The notes under the pieces were generated by a model. That model made no database searches. It saw nothing but the letters and a program-made list of their open reading frames with translations, and had not been told where the DNA came from. Position numbers and translations under genes: made by a program. From Squalus acanthias (Eukaryota): 64,000 nt of DNA. This document shows, piece after piece, positions 50,240 to 64,000 of the stretch. Where the stretch lies: the NCBI GenBank assembly GCA_030390025.1, contig JASTWF010000104.1, forward strand, positions 310,001 through 374,000, written 5' to 3'. How positions within the stretch are numbered: the stretch's first letter is position 1; the number at the start of each line of letters is the position of its first letter.

Positions 50240-51045
50240 CATAGCATCTTACAGCACAGAGGGAGGCCATTTGGACCATCATGACGGTGCTCTTTGAAAG
50301 AGCTCTCCAATTAATCTCACTCCCCTGCTCTTTCCCCACAGCCCTGCAAGTCTTTCCATTTCAAGTATTTATCCAATTCCCTTTTGAAAGTTATTATTGA
50401 ATCTGCTTCCACCGCCCTTTCAGACAGTGCGTTCTAGACCATCATAGGAACAGGAGGAGGCCATTTAGCCCCTCAAGCCTGTCCTGCTATTCAATTCGAT
50501 CCCTAAATACCCCTGCCTAACAAAAATCGACCGACCTCAGTCTTGAAAGCTCCAATTGACCCCCGGCATCTCCAGCCTTTTGTGGGAGAGACTTCCAGAT
50601 TTCCACTCCCCTTTGTGTGAAGAGCTGCTTCCTGACATCAGCCCTGAACGAACGGCCTGGCTCTCATTTTAAGATGAACTCCCTTGTTCTGGACTCCCCA
50701 CCCCCACCAGAGGAAATAGTTTCTCTCGATCGACATCATCAAATCCATTTAACATTTTAAACACCTCAATCAGATTGCCCCTCAATCGACTAAACTCAAG
50801 CCAATACAAATCGAGTCCATGCAACCTGTCCTCAGAATTTAACCCTTTGAGCCCCGGTATCATTCTGGTGAATCTGCGCTGCTCCCCCTCCAAGGCCAAT
50901 ATATCCTTCCTGAGGTGCGGGGCCCAGAACTGAACCCAGTGTTCAGATGGGGTGTGACCAGAGCTTTATATAACGGCAGCATAACTTCCAGCCCTTTATA
51001 CACCAGCCCCCAGAGAAAGGCCAACATTCCATTGGCCTTTTCCAG
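50240..51045 (-). mobile_element. CR1 LINE 3' fragments
   Basis: ALEGEQRRFTRMIPGLKGL..RLRGNLIEVFKML and LYKALVTPHL; two CR1-type 3' tails near 50240 and 50445. Confidence 0.8.
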
Positions 51046-51469
51046 CTGGTTGAGAAGCCCACACCTGCAGCTGCTCCACCAATGGGCTGTGGTTAGGAGG
51101 ATGATATCAAGGCACTGACACACCGTGTTCTGAGCTGTGCTCTTCACCTGGTGAGGGCTCAATCCCACACTGAGCAACCACTGACTGTCCTGCTTGGAGT
51201 GAAGGGAGGTGGGTCTCTTTGGGGTTGAGGTGACTCTAAGACGATGCTGTTTCAGACGGAAGACTAGACTCAGCCCTGGGAGACCGGCTCAATGACCCCG
51301 GTGTGTCGGCAGTCCTCACCAGCCAGCCCAGGTCACCATAGGAAGCTAAAGGGTCCACCCTGTCCCTGCACACTGGAATCTCTACCACAACTCTGTGCTA
51401 GTAGGCAGCGTGGCTTTGACAGGTTAAACTCCAGTGATACTGTCCTCAGCACACTCACTGATATTACAG

Positions 51470-52812
51470 AGTGAGAGACCGGGGCCCGTCGCCCAGTGTG
51501 AGACCGGGGCCCAGTGTGAGACCGGGGCCCGTCGCCCAGTGAGAGACTGGGGCCCGTCGCCCAGTGAGACCGGGGCCCGTCGCCCAGTGTGAGACCGGGG
51601 CCCGTCGCCCAGTGAGAGACCGGGGCCCGTCGCCCAGTGAGAGACCGGGGCCCGTCGCCCAGTGTGAGACCGGGGCCCGTCGCCCAGTGAGAGACCGGGG
51701 CCCGTCGCCCAGTGAGACCGGGGCCCGTCGCCCAGTGAGACCGGGGCCCGTCGCCCAGTGAGACCGGGGCCCGTCGCCCAGTGAGAGAGACCGGGGCCCA
51801 GTGTGAGACCGGGGCCTGTCGCCCAGTGAGAGACCGGGGCCCGTCGCCCAGTGTGAGACCGGGGCCCGTCGCCCAGTGTGAGACCGGGGCCCGTCGCCCA
51901 GTGTGAGACCGGGGCCCGTCGCCCAGTGTGAGACCGGGGCCCAGTGTGAGACCGGGGCCCAGTGTGAGACCGGGGCCCAGTGTGAGACCGGGGCCCGTCG
52001 CCCAGTGAGAGACCGGGGCCCGTCGCCCAGTGAGAGACCGGGGCCCGTCGCCCAGTGAGAGACCGGGGCCCGTCGCCCAGTGAGAGACCGGGGCCCGTCG
52101 CCCAGTGTGAGAGACCGGGGCCCGTCGCCCAGTGTGAGAGACCGGGGCCCGTCGCCCAGTGAGAGACCGGGGCCCGTCGCCCAGTGTGAGAGACCGGGGC
52201 CCAGTGTGAGACCGGGGCCCGTCGCCCAGTGTGAGAGACCGGGGCCCGTCGCCCAGTGTGAGACCGGGTCCCGTCGCCCAGTGTGAGAGACCGGGGCTCA
52301 GTGTGAGACCGGGGCCCAGTGTGAGACCAGGGCCTGTCGCCCAGTGAGACCGGGGCCCGTCGCCCAGTGTGAGACCGGGGCCCGTCGCCCAGTGTGAGAC
52401 CGGGGCCCCTCGCCCAGTGTGAGACCGGGGCCTGTCGCCCAGTGAGGCCGGGGCCCGTCGCCCAGTGTGAGACCGGGGCCCAGTGTGAGACTGGGGCCCG
52501 TCGCCCAGTGTGAGACCGGGGCCCAGTGTGAGACCGGGGCCCATCGCCCAGTGTGAGACCGGGGCCCGTCGCCCAGTGTGAGACCGGGGCCCGTCGCCCA
52601 GTGTGAGACCGGGGCCCAGTGTGAGACCGGGGCCCGTCGCCCAGTGAGAGACCGGGGCCCAGTGTGAGACCGGGGCCCAGTGTGAGACCGGGCCCGTCGC
52701 CCAGAGAGAGACCGGGGCCTGTCGCCCAGTGAGAGACCGGGGCCCAGTGTGAGACCGGGGCCTGTCGCCCAGTGTGAGACCGGGGCCCGTCGCCCAGTGT
52801 GAGACCGGGGCC
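51470..52812. repeat. Intronic minisatellite GAGACCGGGGCCCGTCGCCCAGTGT, about 18-27 bp
   Basis: Tandem units visible directly. Confidence 0.95.
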
Positions 52813-52884
52813 TATCTCTGAGTATTTAGTTGATAGTTAACAGTGTTTGCGTATTAGACCACACTCGATGTACAATGGATGTTA

Positions 52885-53088
<204 letters not shown>

Positions 53089-53189
53089 TTACACAGGAAC
53101 GGGGGAGGGGGGAATGGGAGGGGGAGGGGGGAAGATTCCTCAGACCATCCACTGTAAACAGAACCTAGGCACTTACTGCCCCACACGAT

Positions 53190-53562
53190 CTGCTCCGGGG
53201 AGACACCGGCTGGGAGGAGCCGTCTGCTCCGGGGAGACACCGGCTGGGAGGAGCCGTCTGCTCCAGGGAGACGCCGGCTGGGAGGAGCCGTCTGCTCCAG
53301 GGAGACGCCGGCTGGGAGGAGCCGTCTGCTCCAGGGAGACGCCGGCTGGGAGGAGCCGTCTGCTCCAGGGAGACGCCGGCTGGGAGGAGCCGTCTGCTCC
53401 AGGGAGACACCGGCTGGGAGGAGCCATCTGCTCCGGGGAGACACCGGCTGAGAGGAGCCGTCTGCTCCAGGGAGACACCGGCTGAGAGGAGCCGTCTGTT
53501 CGGGGGAGACACCGGCTGGGAGGAGCCGTCTGCTCCGGGGAGACACCGGCTGGGAGGAGCCG
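53190..53562. repeat. 33-bp intronic minisatellite (about 11 copies)
   Basis: Unit TCTGCTCCAGGGAGACGCCGGCTGGGAGGAGCC(G)-like. Confidence 0.93.
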
Positions 53563-53858
53563 TGCGACCTTGGCTTGGTTCCACTAGTTTTAACCCAGGT
53601 TTCTATGAGGCCTAACCCTGGGAGCTGGGTCCAGAACACCGACTGCCAGCAGGGTCTGGAGCCAACACTCGAAGGCTGGGCCAAGATTGCCATCCCCATT
53701 AAAATAAGGGAGGGAAGACACAGGCTCCAGACACTGGCCCTCACACACCCGCCCCATGCACCGACTCTCCAAACACAAGCTGCACTGAGCTCCAGTCTCT
53801 CAGCAGATGCAGCAGAGTATTTAAACCCAGCAGCCTGTGACGGCCTGTGTGTAAATAC

Positions 53859-53942
53859 CTGTTTGTATTCCGAAATGATAGCACTCGTCTTCCTGACTTC
53901 AGATTCAGCTTTCTCCAACTCCCTGCGGAAAACTTCCTTAAT
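53859..53942 (-). CDS. RABGAP1L: RABGAP1L-like coding exon (84 bp)
   Basis: AG/GT, phase 0; IKEVFRRELEKAESEVRKTSAIISEYKQ. Confidence 0.92.
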
Positions 53943-54044
53943 CTGTGATGGACAAAGACAAGCAGCAAATCAAATATCAGCCCACTTGGTGAGAGGCTCA
54001 GACATCATCAAGAAATGATCACAGGGCCTGGGCCCCATCCCCAG

Positions 54045-57041
<2,997 letters not shown>

Positions 57042-57248
57042 TCAGTGTCCCGAGTGGAGACATGCACCAAGCACTATGCCAGATCTGACATCGATACTCT
57101 ACCCAATGTCTGCTGTGAACACGCCTTGCTGCAACGGTAGATTTTCATTCAATCCCAGCCCTCTCACAGCCGTCACTGGCCATACCATGGATTATAACTT
57201 GAGCACGTGTCTTTCTGCTGATGTTGCAGCACTGCTCAGCTCAGCACC

Positions 57249-57700
57249 GTCAGCCGGGGCTCAGTGGGCAGCACTCTCTCTCGCCTCTGAGTCAGAAGGT
57301 CGTGGGTGCAAGGACCCATTCCAGAGACTTGAGCACATAATCCAGGCTGACATTCCCTGTGCTGTACTGAGGGAGAGCTGCACTGTCGGAGGTGCTGTCT
57401 TTCGTTAAACTGAGGCCCCCTCTATCCTCTCAGGTGGATGTAAAAGATCCCACGGCACTATTCGAAAAAGAGCAGGGGAGTTCCCCCCCCGGTGTCCTGG
57501 CCAATATTTATCCCTCAACCAACAACACGAAAACAGATTATCTGGTCATTATCACATTGCTGTTTGTGGGATCTTGCTGTGCGCAAATTGGCTGCTGCGT
57601 TTCCCACATTACAACAGTGACTACACTTCAAAAAGTACTTCATTGGCTGTAAAGTGCTTTGGTTGTGAAAGGCGCTATATAAATGCATGTCCTTCTTTCT
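57249..57700 (+). mobile_element. Full-length Deu-domain SINE
   Basis: Degenerate tRNA head, Deu core and GGCGCTATATAAATGCA tail. Confidence 0.82.
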
Positions 57701-57701
57701 A

Positions 57702-57905
<204 letters not shown>

Positions 57906-57954
57906 TCAACCAGAGGCAAAGGCTTCATCAGGAGGATGCTGCAGCACACCGGGT

Positions 57955-60900
57955 CAGAGGGCCTGGGCCCCACTCCCACTCACAGGCCCTGGGCATCACT
58001 CCCAGTCCCACTCCCGGTCACAGGGCCTGGGCCTCACTCTAACTCCCAGTCATAGGCCTGGGCCTCACTCTCAATCCCAGTCACAGGCCCTGGGCCTCAC
58101 TCCCACTCCCAGTCACAGACCCTGGGCCTCACTCCCACTCACAGACTCTGGGCCTCGCTCCCACTCCCAGTCACATGCTCTGGGCCGCAATCCCAGTCAC
58201 AGGGCCTGGGCCTCACTCCCACTCTCAGGGCCTGGGCCTCAATCCCACTCACAGGCCCTGGGCCTCACTCCCACTCCCAGGCTCTGGGCCTCACTCCCAC
58301 TCCCAGTCACAGGCCCTGGGCCTCACTCCCGCTCCCAGTCACAGGCCCTGGGCCTCACTCCCGCTCCCAGTCACAGGCCCTGGGCCTCACTCCCGCTCCC
58401 AGTCACAGGCCCTGGGCCTCACTCCCGCTCCCAGTCACAGGCCCTGGGCCCCACTCCCGCTCTCATTCACAGGCCCTGGGCCTCACTCTCAATCCCAGTC
58501 AAAGGCCCTGGGCCTCACAAACACTTCCAGTAACAGGCTCTGGGCCTCACTCCCGCTCCCAGTCACAGGCCCTGGGCCTCACTACCGCTCCCAGTCACAG
58601 GCCCTCGGCCTCACACTCACTCCCAGTAACAGGCTCTGGGCCTCACACTCACTCCCAGTCACAGGCCCTGTGCCTCACACTCACTCCCAGTCACAGGCTC
58701 TGCGCCTCACTCCCGCTCCCAGTCACAGGCCCTGGCCCTCACTCTTGCTCCCAGTCACAGGCCCTGGGCCTCACTCCCGATCCCAGTCACAGGGCCTGGG
58801 CCTCACTCCCGCTCCCAGTCACAGGGCCTGGGCCTCACTCCCGCTCCCAGTCACAGGCCCTGGGCCTCACTCCCGCTCCCAGTCACAGGCCCTGGGCCTC
58901 GCTCCCGCTCCCAGTCACAGGCCCTGGGCCTCGCTCCCGCTCCCAGTCACAGGCCCCGGGCCTCACTCCCACACCCACTCACAGGCCCTGGGCCTCACAC
59001 TCACTCCCAGTCACAGGCCCTGGGCCTCACTCCCGCTCCCAGTCACAGGCCCTGGGCCTCACTCCCGCTCCTAGTCACAGGCCCTGGGCCCCACTCTCAA
59101 TCCCAGTCACAGGCCCTGGGCCTCACTCTTAATCCCAGTCACAGGCCCTCGGCCTCACACTCACTCCCAGTCACAGGCCCTGGGCCTCACACTCACTCCT
59201 AGTCACAGGCTCTGGGCCTCACACTCACTCCTAGTCACAGGCTCTGGGCCTCACACTCACTCCCAGTCACAGGCTCTGTGCCTCATACTCACTCCCAGTC
59301 ACAGGCTCTAGGCCTCACTCCCGCTCCCAGTCACAGGCCCTGGGCCTCACTCCCGCTCCCAGTCACAGGGCCTGAGCATCATTCCCGCTCCCAGTCACAG
59401 GGCCTGGGCCTCGCTCCCGCTCCCAGTCACAGGGCCTGGGCCTCGCTCCCGCTCCCAGTCACAGGCCCTGGGCCTCGCTCCCGCTCCCAGTCACAGGCCC
59501 TGGGCCTCGCTACCACTCCCAGTCACAGGCCCTGGGCCTCGCTCCCGCTCCCAGTCACAGGCCCTGGGCCTCGCTCCCGCTCCCAGTCACAGGCCCTGGG
59601 CCTCGCTCCCGCTCCCAGTCACAGGCCCTGGGCCTCGCTCCCGCTCCCAGTCACAGGCCCTGGGCCTCGCTCCCGCTCCCAGTCACAGGCCCTGGGCCTC
59701 GCTCCCGCTCCCAGTCACAGGCCCTGGGCCTCCCTCCCGCTCCCAGTCACAGGCCCTGGGCCTCACTCCCGCTCCCAGTCACAGGCCCTGGGCCTCACAA
59801 CTACTCCCAGTCAAAGGCCATCGGCCTCACACTCACTCCCAGTCACAGGCCCTGGGCCTCACACTCACTCCCAGTCACAGGCTCTGGGCCTCACACTCAC
59901 TCCCAGTCACAGGCTCTGGGTCTCACACTTACTCCCAGTCACAGGCCCTGGGCCTCACTCCCACACCCACTCCTGGACCGCACTCCCACACCCAGTCACA
60001 GGCCCTGGGCCTTACTCCCACACCCAGTCACAGGCCCTGGGCCTCACACTCACTTCCAGTCACAGTCACTGGGCCTCGCTCTCAATCCCAGTCACAGGCC
60101 CTGGGCCTCACAACCGCACCCAGTCACAGGCCCTGGGCCTCACTCACGCTCCCAGTCACAGGCCCTGGGCCCGACTCCCGCTCCCAGTCACAGGCCCTGG
60201 GCCTCACTCCCGCTCCCAGTCACAGGCCCTGGGCCTCACTCTTAATCCCAGTCACAGGCCCTCGGCCTCACACTCACTCCCAGTCACAGGCCCTGGGCCT
60301 CACACTCACTCCTAGTCACAGGCTCTGGGCCTCACACTCACTCCTAGTCACAGGCTCTGGGCCTCACACTCACTCCCAGTCACAGGCTCTGTGCCTCATA
60401 CTCACTCCCAGTCACAGGCTCTAGGCCTCACTCCCGCTCCCAGTCACAGGCCCTGGGCCTCACTCCCGCTCCCAGTCACAGGGCCTGAGCATCATTCCCG
60501 CTCCCAGTCACAGGGCCTGGGCCTCGCTCCCGCTCCCAGTCACAGGGCCTGGGCCTCGCTCCCGCTCCCAGTCACAGGCCCTGGGCCTCACTCCCGCTCC
60601 CAGTCACAGGCCCTGGGCCTCGCTACCGCTCCCAGTCACAGGCCCTGGGCCTCGCTCCCGCTCCCAGTCACAGGCCCTGGGCCTCGCTCCCGCTCCCAGT
60701 CACAGGCACTGGGCCTTGCTCCCGCTCCCAGTCACAGGCCCTGGGCCTCGCTCCCGCTCCCAGTCACAGGCCCCGGGCCTCACTCCCACACCCACTCACA
60801 GGCCCTGGGCCTCACACTCACTCCCAGTCACAGGCCCTGGGCCTCACTCCCGCTCCCAGTCACAGGCCCTGGGCCTCACTCCCGCTCCTAGTCACAGGCC

Positions 60901-63900
60901 CTGGGCCTCACTCTCTATCCCAGTCACAGGCCCTGGCCCTCACAACCACTCCCAGTCACAGGCCCTGGGCCTCACTCTCAATCCCAGTCACATGCCCTGG
61001 GCCTCACAACCACTCCCAGTCACAGGCCCTGGGCCTCACTCCCGCTCCCAGTCACAGGCCCTGGGCACGACTCCCGCTCCCAGTCACAGGCCCTGGGCCG
61101 CGCTCCCAGTCTCAGGCCCTGGGCCTCACACTCACTCCCAGTCACAGGCCCTGGGCCTCACTCCCGCTCCCAGTCACAGGCCCTGGGCCTCACACTCACT
61201 CCCAGTCACAGGGCCTGGGCCTCGCTCCCGCTCCCAGTCACAGGCCCTGGGCCTCACTCTCTATCCCAGTCACAGGCCCTGGCCCTCACAACCACTCCCA
61301 GTCACAGGCCCTGGGCCTCACTCTCAATCCCAGTCACATGCCCTGGGCCTCACAACCACTCCCAGTCACAGGCCCTGGGCCTCACTCCCGCTCCCAGTCA
61401 CAGGCCCTGGGCACGACTCCCGCTCCCAGTCACAGGCCCTGGGCCGCGCTCCCAGTCTCAGGCCCTGGGCCTCACACTCACTCCCAGTCACAGGCCCTGG
61501 GCCTCACTCCCGCTCCTAGTCACAGGCCCTGGGCCTCACTCTCTATCCCAGTCACAGGCCCTGGCCCTCACAACCACTCCCAGTCACAGGCCCTGGGCCT
61601 CACTCTCAATCCCAGTCACATGCCCTGGGCCTCACAACCACTCCCAGTCACAGGCCCTGGGCCTCACTCCCGCTCCCAGTCACAGGCCCTGGGCACGACT
61701 CCCGCTCCCAGTCACAGGCCCTGGGCCGCGCTCCCAGTCTCAGGCCCTGGGCCTCACACTCACTCCCAGTCACAGGCCCTGGGCCTCACTCCCGCTCCCA
61801 GTCACAGGCCCTGGGCCTCACTCCCGCTCCTATTCACAGGCCCTGGGCCTCACTCTCAATCCCAGTCACAGGCCCTGGCCCTCACAACCACTCCCAGTCA
61901 CAGGCCCTGGGCCCCACTCCCGCCCAGTCACAGGCCCTGGGCCTCACTCTTAATCCCAGTCACAGGCCCTCGGCCTCACACTCACTCCCAGTCACAGGCC
62001 CTGGGCCTCACACTCACTCCTAGTCACAGGCTCTGGGCCTCACACTCACTCCCAGTCACAGGCTCTGTGCCTCATACTCACTCCCAGTCACAGGCTCTAG
62101 GCCTCACTCCCGCTCCCAGTCACAGGCCCTGGGCCTCACTCCCGCTCCCAGTCACAGGGCCTGAGCATCATTCCCGCTCCCAGTCACAGGGCCTGGGCCT
62201 CGCTCCCGCTCCCAGTCACAGGGCCTGGGCCTCGCTCCCGCTCCCAGTCACAGGCCCTGGGCCTCGCTCCCGCTCCCAGTCACAGGCCCTGGGCCTCGCT
62301 ACCGCTCCCAGTCACAGACCCTGGGCCTCGCTCCCGCTCCCAGTCACAGGCCCTGGGCCTCGCTCCCGCTCCCAGTCACAGGCCCTGGGCCTCGCTCCCG
62401 CTCCCAGTCACAGGCCCTGGGCCTCGCTCCCGCTCCCAGTCACAGGCCCTGGGCCTCGCTCCCGCTCCCAGTCACAGGCCCTGGGCCTCGCTCCCGCTCC
62501 CAGTCACAGGCCCTGGGCCTCCCTCCCGCTCCCAGTCACAGGCCCTGGGCCTCACTCCCGCTCCCAGTCACAGGCCCTGGGCCTCACAACTACTCCCAGT
62601 CAAAGGCCATCGGCCTCACACTCACTCCCAGTCACAGGCCCTGTGCCTGGGCCTCACACTCACTCCCAGTCACAGGCTCTGGGCCTCACACTCACTCCCA
62701 GTCACAGGCTCTGGGTCTCACACTTACTCCCAGTCACAGGCCCTGGGCCTCACTCCCACACCCACTCCTGGACCGCACTCCCACACCCAGTCACAGGCCC
62801 TGGGCCTTACTCCCACACCCAGTCACAGGCCCTGGGCCTCACACTCACTTCCAGTCACAGTCACTGGGCCTCGCTCTCAATCCCAGTCACAGGCCCTGGG
62901 CCTCACAACCGCACCCAGTCACAGGCCCTGGGCCTCACTCACGCTCCCAGTCACAGGCCCTGGGCCTCGCTCCCGCTCCCAGTCACAGGCCCTGGGCCTC
63001 GCTCCCGCTCCCAGTCACAGGCCCTGGGCCTCACTCTTAATCCCAGTCACAGGCCCTCGGCCTCACACTCACTCCCAGTCACAGGCCCTGGGCCTCACAC
63101 TCACTCCTAGTCACAGGCTCTGGGCCACACACTCACTCCTAGTCACAGGCTCTGGGCCTCACACTCACTCCCAGTCACAGGCTCTGTGCCTCATACTCAC
63201 TCCCAGTCACAGGCTCTAGGCCTCACTCCCGCTCCCAGTCACAGGCCCTGGGCCTCACTCCCGCTCCCAGTCACAGGGCCTGAGCATCATTCCCGCTCCC
63301 AGTCACAGGGCCTGGGCCTCGCTCCCGCTCCCAGTCACAGGGCCTGGGCCTCGCTCCCGCTCCCAGTCACAGGCCCTGGGCCTCACTCCCGCTCCCAGTC
63401 ACAGGCCCTGGGCCTCGCTACCGCTCCCAGTCACAGGCCCTGGGCCTCGCTCCCGCTCCCAGTCACAGGCCCTGGGCCTCGCTCCCGCTCCCAGTCACAG
63501 GCACTGGGCCTTGCTCCCGCTCCCAGTCACAGGCCCTGGGCCTCGCTCCCGCTCCCAGTCACAGGCCCCGGGCCTCACTCCCACACCCACTCACAGGCCC
63601 TGGGCCTCACACTCACTCCCAGTCACAGGCCCTGGGCCTCACTCCCGCTCCCAGTCACAGGCCCTGGGCCTCACTCCCGCTCCTAGTCACAGGCCCTGGG
63701 CCTCACTCTCTATCCCAGTCACAGGCCCTGGCCCTCACAACCACTCCCAGTCACAGGCCCTGGGCCTCACTCTCAATCCCAGTCACATGCCCTGGGCCTC
63801 ACAACCACTCCCAGTCACAGGCCCTGGGCCTCACTCCCGCTCCCAGTCACAGGCCCTGGGCCTCACTCTCTATCCCAGTCACAGGCCCTGGCCCTCACAA

Positions 63901-64000
63901 CCACTCCCAGTCACAGGCCCTGGGCCTCACTCTCAATCCCAGTCACATGCCCTGGGCCTCACAATCACTCCCAGTCACAGGCCCTGGGCCTCACTCTCAA
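57955..64000. repeat. 30-bp intronic minisatellite with higher-order duplications, running off the window
   Basis: Unit CACAGGCCCTGGGCCTCACTCCCGCTCCCAGT-like; identical variant blocks recur at offsets of 1113 and 2795 bp. Confidence 0.97.

Overview
Eukaryotic, repeat-rich vertebrate DNA, almost certainly from a cartilaginous fish: it has a cluster-type Ig light-chain gene, Deu-domain SINEs and shark-type CR1/L2/Penelope elements. Two host genes converge. (1) On the + strand is an unrearranged kappa-type (shark NS4/type III-like) light-chain cluster: V 1-264 (5' end outside the window) with a perfect 12-RSS, J 18486-18520 with a 23-RSS, and C exon 23667-23995. The V-J interval is about 18 kb, mostly a 61-bp satellite carrying four co-amplified copies of a 745-bp MITE, plus retroelements and an assembly gap. 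(2) On the - strand are the last six coding exons of RABGAP1L or a close paralog (57872 to 46523), whose introns are packed with GC-rich minisatellites. Between the genes lie three minisatellite arrays, two of the window's three solo LTRs (4-bp TSDs), a young Gypsy LTR retrotransposon and a truncated Penelope-like element with a hammerhead-ribozyme core. The Gypsy element has LTRs identical at 193/194 positions and one nonsense codon. It lacks a tRNA primer-binding site but has an 11-nt LTR-complementary sequence there, suggesting self-priming. Most long ORFs in the supplied track are satellite translation artefacts. All calls come from reading the sequence by eye; no database searches were run.
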